Below, piece after piece: positions 58,921 to 64,000 of a stretch of 64,000 nt of DNA. This DNA is from Phycisphaeraceae bacterium. Its GTDB lineage: Bacteria; Planctomycetota; Phycisphaerae; Phycisphaerales; Phycisphaeraceae. Position 1 is the stretch's first letter. Each line of letters begins with the position of its first letter. The stretch is taken from the NCBI GenBank assembly GCA_963674705.1, contig OY771506.1, forward strand, positions 4,128,001-4,192,000, written 5' to 3'. The position numbers and the translations under genes were made by a program. The notes beneath the pieces were generated by a model. That model was not told the DNA's origin. It saw only the letters and a program-made list of their open reading frames with translations, and ran no database searches.

Positions 58921-59787
58921 ATGCCAACACCACTTGATAAGCACCGCGAAGCACAGAAGGCATTCACACTTATCGAACTGCTTGTGGTGATCTCTATCAT
59001 TGCATTGCTGGTCGGTATCTTATTGCCCGCTCTTGGCGCCGCGCGAAGATCTGCACGCAACGCGGTCTGTTTATCCAACATCAGGCAGATCGCAGTCGGT
59101 CACATCAGCTACGCACGAGATAACAACAGCTTTCTCCCGGCCGCGTATTCAGCGAACAATCCGTCCTTATCAAACAAGCGGGTACATTGGCAACTGAGTA
59201 TCTGGTCGTATATCAATGGTGATACTGTCAAAATCAATGATCTTGACGATGAATACAGTTACCTGACCGGAACGGTTTTCGAATGTCCATCGGCTGAAGA
59301 CGGGCGTAGCGGGTACAACGATGGAGATCATCTCATGAACGGCTACGGCTTGAATATCAGCCTGGAGGGCGACAAGGGGGTTGGCAATGCCGCAGCAAAA
59401 ACCGGATTATTCGCAACAACAACCGAACGGCAAAAGATCTATCAGCGGGAAGACCTGATTGTTAATCAATCTTCAACGATGATGATGTCAGACAATGAAA
59501 CATACTACGTTGAATATTGGCATCGTGGATCCAAGCCGAATCAGATCGGGATCCTGGGCGGACCGGCTATGCAAGGCGCTTTAGAACGCCACGGTCCTGA
59601 GACATGGAATATCGTGATGTTCGACGGCAGCGCCAGTGCAGTTAATTTTTACGATGTGCCCGGCGTGACTAACGATGCGCTATATAACGCCGGCGCCGCG
59701 CTGTCACCCGGCGTACTGATCAGCGGGCCCGATGATGTCGTACCCAGAAAGACTAAAATATTCTGGGTGGGACGCGAATCGCGCTAA
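58921..59787 (+). CDS. prepilin-type protein (DUF1559-like); paralog of 54783-55667
   Basis: [49 protein letters not shown]. Confidence 0.9.
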   Translation: MPTPLDKHREAQKAFTLIELLVVISIIALLVGILLPALGAARRSARNAVCLSNIRQIAVGHISYARDNNSFLPAAYSANNPSLSNKRVHWQLSIWSYINGDTVKINDLDDEYSYLTGTVFECPSAEDGRSGYNDGDHLMNGYGLNISLEGDKGVGNAAAKTGLFATTTERQKIYQREDLIVNQSSTMMMSDNETYYVEYWHRGSKPNQIGILGGPAMQGALERHGPETWNIVMFDGSASAVNFYDVPGVTNDALYNAGAALSPGVLISGPDDVVPRKTKIFWVGRESR

Positions 59788-60364
59788 ACAGCAGTTCTAT
59801 GGAAGTCATCTTCCAAGTCACGCGAATATTCCGCTCCAATTGACCCCAATAAGACCAAATCTATATCCCGCGGTTGCATACATCGCAGAACATTGACAAT
59901 TGGCAACCTGTCTGCACGCATTCAATATGCGTTTGCTGCAGCCACCACTTTTTAGCATGCCCGACTGAGTAACTGCACCTCCACCCCAATTTACGGCACA
60001 AAAGAATCAATTGAATCCGGGCTGGCCTGATCCATATCTTTGTCACATTTCGACGACCAAGAGTATATTTGCCGACAGAAAACACAGTGCAAAACCGTAG
60101 ACGTTACATACTTATGGCATGAATATCTACATGATTTTTACTTCAAACGGTTAAAACGACATGCTGTCGCAAGGCATCATGCGTACTTATCAATTTAAGC
60201 ATATGGTCCATAAGTCATTGTTTTGTCTATATATAATACCACAGGCCCCGTTTGTTCGACTTACCATCACTTCTTCTGCACAGATTTGAATGGGTATGTG
60301 GAAGCAATCCTAGCCATTACATACAATGAACGGCCTGTTTTCATGATATTACATGAAATTTTTG

Positions 60365-60393
60365 TTGCAATAAGCTTCAGTGTTCCGTAATAT
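60365..60393 (+). promoter_or_regulatory. sigma70-type promoter
   Basis: TTGCAA-17 bp-TAATAT. Confidence 0.65.
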
Positions 60394-60588
60394 GTAAATA
60401 ATGCGGTGCGTAGCCGCAGCTGATTTGAGCATTGGCTGGGCTTAAAAGATCGTCACTTCATGGCGAGTCAGGGCTCGGCAAAGACAAGTACAGGGGTCGA
60501 GGGTCTTTGAAGTCGACCTCAAGACCGGCTGGAGGGTCAGCCGGGAAGCCACGGAAGCACTTTGAACTTGCACTTGAGAGGTACAGCC

Positions 60589-61377
60589 ATGACCCGGCGC
60601 GCATTTACTCTGATCGAACTTCTGGTCGTCATCAGCATCATCGCCTTGCTGGTGGGTATCTTGCTACCCGCACTTGGGGCGGCGAGGACATCGGCCAAGA
60701 TCACAACCTGCCTGGCCAACGAAAAGCAGATGGCGACATCGTCTATCGCATTTGCCACGGACGACAGGAAAGGGCGTTTTATCCCGGCACGTATCTATGG
60801 CACGGTCTTTGTCCAAGTTTCCGTGAACTATGAAGACGACCCATCTAATCCTGAAATCCCAGGCGTTGAAACATTCGAGAATTATGGCTTTGCGAGAGAG
60901 CTATTCAAAGACCCGGGCCGGGAGTTCATCCCCAATGAGAGCAGAATGTTCGGCCACGAGCTCTTCCATTCTTACCAGTATTTTGGTGGCATCACAAGAT
61001 GGACAGGCTTGCAAGGCAATATGACCGAAATATCAACCGAACCAAGTCCCAGCCCAGTCTATCTGGACCAGATGCATCCCGGGATGGTGATGGTCGCTGA
61101 TTGTGTCGCCAAGCGATCTGGAGATGCGTGGGGCTCTTACGAGTACGATCCTAATGGCATCGACCGGTGGCTTGAAGATACGCCGCCACACAAAACTCAA
61201 AGCGACGGCAAGCCGGCCGGCGGCAATCAGGTATTCGCCGATGGCTCCGGACGCTGGATCCCCTTTGAAGACATGATCCAAGGCACCCGCTGGGATGGCC
61301 GCACAATGCTCTACTACTACCAGGAAGACCTTCACGGTTTTATCCCGAAGAACAACGCTCCACCGCCGCCTCGTTGA
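60589..61377 (+). CDS. prepilin-type protein (DUF1559-like)
   Basis: [42 protein letters not shown] 60589 after GAGG. Confidence 0.88.
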   Translation: MTRRAFTLIELLVVISIIALLVGILLPALGAARTSAKITTCLANEKQMATSSIAFATDDRKGRFIPARIYGTVFVQVSVNYEDDPSNPEIPGVETFENYGFARELFKDPGREFIPNESRMFGHELFHSYQYFGGITRWTGLQGNMTEISTEPSPSPVYLDQMHPGMVMVADCVAKRSGDAWGSYEYDPNGIDRWLEDTPPHKTQSDGKPAGGNQVFADGSGRWIPFEDMIQGTRWDGRTMLYYYQEDLHGFIPKNNAPPPPR

Positions 61378-61503
61378 TACCAACGATCAAGAACCGACTT
61401 GATATAAAGTGAATTCGACCACCGGCGGCCAGATAGATCTGGCCGCCGGATTTGTTTCTACGTTCACACATACTCCGACCGTTTCTAACGATTGGCTGGC
61501 CAC

Positions 61504-62548
61504 TAGAGCATCTTCCACGCCTCTGTAGCGCCCTTGTACACAAGTGATTATGCTGTGCCTTCAAGCAAGGAGGCTTTGATGAAGGCATACTCGATGGACT
61601 TGCGCAAGCGGGTGTTGGCGGCGTGTGATGCCGGGCACGGCACGCGTGAGGTGGCCAAGCGGTTCTCGGTCAGCGCCTCGTGGGTGCGTCGGCTCAAGCA
61701 ACGGCGTCGTGAAGGCGAGGGGATCGCGCCGCGGCCTCAGGGCGGCGACTACGTCAGCCGGTTCGCCGGCAAAGACCTGCAGCGAGTACGTGCGATGCTC
61801 AAGCAGAAGCCGGACACGACGCTGGACGCGTTGCGTGTGCGTTGCGAGCGTGAGCTGGGCATCCGTTGCGGGCTGGGCACGATGTGGCGGACGGTGCGTT
61901 GGAAGCTGGGGTGGACGTTTAAAAAAAGTCATTACGGCCCAGCGAGCAGGACCGCGCGGATGTGAAGCGTCAGCGTGTGAACTTCCGCATCGCCACGCGG
62001 TTCATCGAGCCTAAGCAGCTTGTGTTCCTGGATGAATCGGGCGCGAGGACGAACATGACCCGCCTGCGGGGCTGGGCCGGACGCGGTTGCCGGCTGGACG
62101 CCGCGGCGCCGCACAGCCACTGGCGTACGACGACGATGCTCAGCGCGATCGGTTGTGAGGGTGTGATCCAACGGGCGACGCTGGCCTTCGACGGCGCGAC
62201 GGATGCGGCGCTGTTCCGCGGCTACGTCGAGCGTTGCCTGGCCCCGGCACTAAAGCAAGGCCAGATCGTCGTGATGGATAACCTGGCGTCGCACAAGGTA
62301 TGCGGGGTGCGTGAAGCGATCGAAGCGGTGGGCTGTGACCTGTGGTACTTACCGCCGTACTCACCGGACTTCAACCCGATCGAGAAGATGTGGAGCAAGG
62401 TCAAAGCCCTGCTGCGTGCCGCCGCCGCGCGGACCAGCGACAAACTGATTGAGGCGATCGGCCGGGCGTTACGTGCGGTATCCCTGGACGAGTGCCGCAA
62501 CTACTTCCGCAGCTGCGGGTATGCTACATGAGATTGGAAGACGCTCTA
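61504..62548 (+). mobile_element. IS630-family insertion sequence
   Basis: ends TAGAGCATCTTCCA and TGGAAGACGCTCTA (13/14 inverted match, TA at each end); GC-rich within AT-rich flanks. Confidence 0.93.
61579..62531 (+). CDS. IS630 transposase, orfA (HTH) and orfB (DDE) joined by a predicted -1 frameshift
   Basis: MKAYSMDLR HTH; slippery TTTAAAAAAAG 61918-61928; FLDESG, MDNLASHK, LPPYSPDFNPIE. Confidence 0.9.
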
Positions 62549-63168
62549 AGATAACTCTTGACTCACCGCTAAAAGCTACCACGGCCAGCTCTGCACAAAT
62601 AAGAACTGAACGCAGACTTACCCGCACTGCCACATCGATTCGTGGCCAGTAAAGCCTGCAAGCAACCGCGTATCCGGGACTCTGGCGATGGCAGGAATAT
62701 CGCATTCTGCAATATGAAAAATCCATAATGCGACTCATGTAACAAAAACGGTATATAGATGTAAGGCCTGGGACCCCATTGCCGGGCGAGAGCAACTGAA
62801 TTGTGAGTGCGGAGAAGACGCACCGATTTGTTGCACTTTGCACGGACGCATCAATCAATTCATGTATCTGCTTTAACAACAAATATATAATGTAGAATTA
62901 CGCATTCTGGAAGCAGTCGGACGCCTGTCCGTGATCACGCCGCCACAGCGAATCAAGCCAGATGAAATGTAATGCAATGAATGGATAAGTGAACAAAAAT
63001 TACAATTTGATATTGTATTATTTTTGCCCCTTGTTACACTACGGCATATGGAGGATGAGTACTCGGTCTATATAGGAGTGCTTATTAGAAAGATCATCTT
63101 CAACAACGACATGTGTCGCAAATGTGCGGCACCACATCTCTTAACCGTGTTCACAGGAGGAGGATTAA

Positions 63169-64000
63169 ATGAAAAATGTGCGTGTCAAACACTTGGCTCT
63201 AGGCCTATCGGCTGCAGTTATAGGCTTGGGTGCCTATAGCGCCGATGCAGCGATCGTTACTTTGACCGGGATCGACGGTTTTGGATCTTCGTCATTCAAC
63301 ACTGTCGGCCTCTGGGACAATGCTGCAGCACCCTCAGCGGGCAACGACTACTTCGTGCCGGATGGCACTCGTCTGCGTACGCCACCGGATGGCAACAGCT
63401 ACGCCTTTGCCGGCGACTCACTGACCATCAACAACCTTACGGCCTACGGTGACGGCTTCATGTTCAAAGGCACCGGCAACACCGGTACTATCACCGTCGA
63501 CAACCTCATCATGGACGGCGGGCTGATCTCCCATGCCAACGGCATCGGCGACGTCTTCCAGCTTGACGGGGCGATGTCGGTCGTCGGCGACTCGCGCATC
63601 TACGCCAAGCAGGGCCCCATCTATATCTATTCGGATATCAGTGGCAGCGCCCAGATCACCAATGAGGCTCCAGACTCACCGATCGAGTGCAAGTTGTGGA
63701 TTGGTTCATCGGCCAATACCTACACGGGCAATATCGTAAACCACGGCCGTATCGAATTGCTGGACGATGCCAACCTGAACTTCGTGATCGGCGCCAGCGG
63801 TGTCAACAACGACATCACTGACGGCGGAAGTCAGAAACATATCATCTTTGGAGGTGACTTCGTCCTTGATCTCACCAGTGCAGGCACGACCATCGGGGAT
63901 AGCTGGTCGCTGATAGCCACAACCTCTGCTTCGACTTACTACACCAACACGTTCAACATGGTCGGATTCACCGAATTGGGTGATGGCCTTACCTGGCTGA
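63169..64000 (+). CDS. secreted beta-rich protein (3'-partial; probably another PEP-CTERM surface protein)
   Basis: AGGAGG RBS; MKNVRVKHLALGLSAAVIGLGAYSADA signal; frame open to window end; missing from the ORF track. Confidence 0.8.
   Translation, partial: MKNVRVKHLALGLSAAVIGLGAYSADAAIVTLTGIDGFGSSSFNTVGLWDNAAAPSAGNDYFVPDGTRLRTPPDGNSYAFAGDSLTINNLTAYGDGFMFKGTGNTGTITVDNLIMDGGLISHANGIGDVFQLDGAMSVVGDSRIYAKQGPIYIYSDISGSAQITNEAPDSPIECKLWIGSSANTYTGNIVNHGRIELLDDANLNFVIGASGVNNDITDGGSQKHIIFGGDFVLDLTSAGTTIGDSWSLIATTSASTYYTNTFNMVGFTELGDGLTWL

Noticed and set aside
60470..60556. c-di-GMP-I or cobalamin riboswitch call
   Set aside because: Only fragments (GGCAAA, CAGCCGGG, GGGAAGCCAC) resemble the consensus; the P2/GAAA arm and B12-box order are missing. 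Kept as an unassigned structured leader.

Overview
High-GC bacterial chromosome segment, most likely a planctomycete of the Phycisphaerae type. This is inferred from the many PEP-CTERM proteins, dockerin-like EF-hand tails and DUF1559-type prepilin-like proteins. The left part (~1-31 kb) is mostly housekeeping genes: hisI, Xaa-Pro peptidase, accB-accC, dapF, larC, sppA, an isocitrate-type dehydrogenase, rnhA, argJ, fbaA, tRNA-Ala(GGC) and tRNA-Leu(TAA). Its intergenic spaces are full of period-7 inverted-repeat hairpins and REP-like palindromes. The right part (~33-64 kb) contains tmRNA and then a more AT-rich accessory region: an RND efflux operon, a K+ channel, DsbD, multi-TlpA redox proteins, an M16 peptidase, paralogous divergent pairs of [dockerin/PEP-CTERM surface protein <- -> prepilin-like protein], and an IS630 element. 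There are nine complete PEP-CTERM genes. Two of them, with unrelated cargo, share a near-identical ~135-bp sorting-tail plus terminator module. The most notable candidates are the duplicated surface-protein/pseudopilin cassette with neighbouring thiol-redox machinery, the shared PEP-CTERM tail module, the heptamer-hairpin element families, and a structured 5' leader at ~60.4 kb. All calls were made by eye, without database searches.
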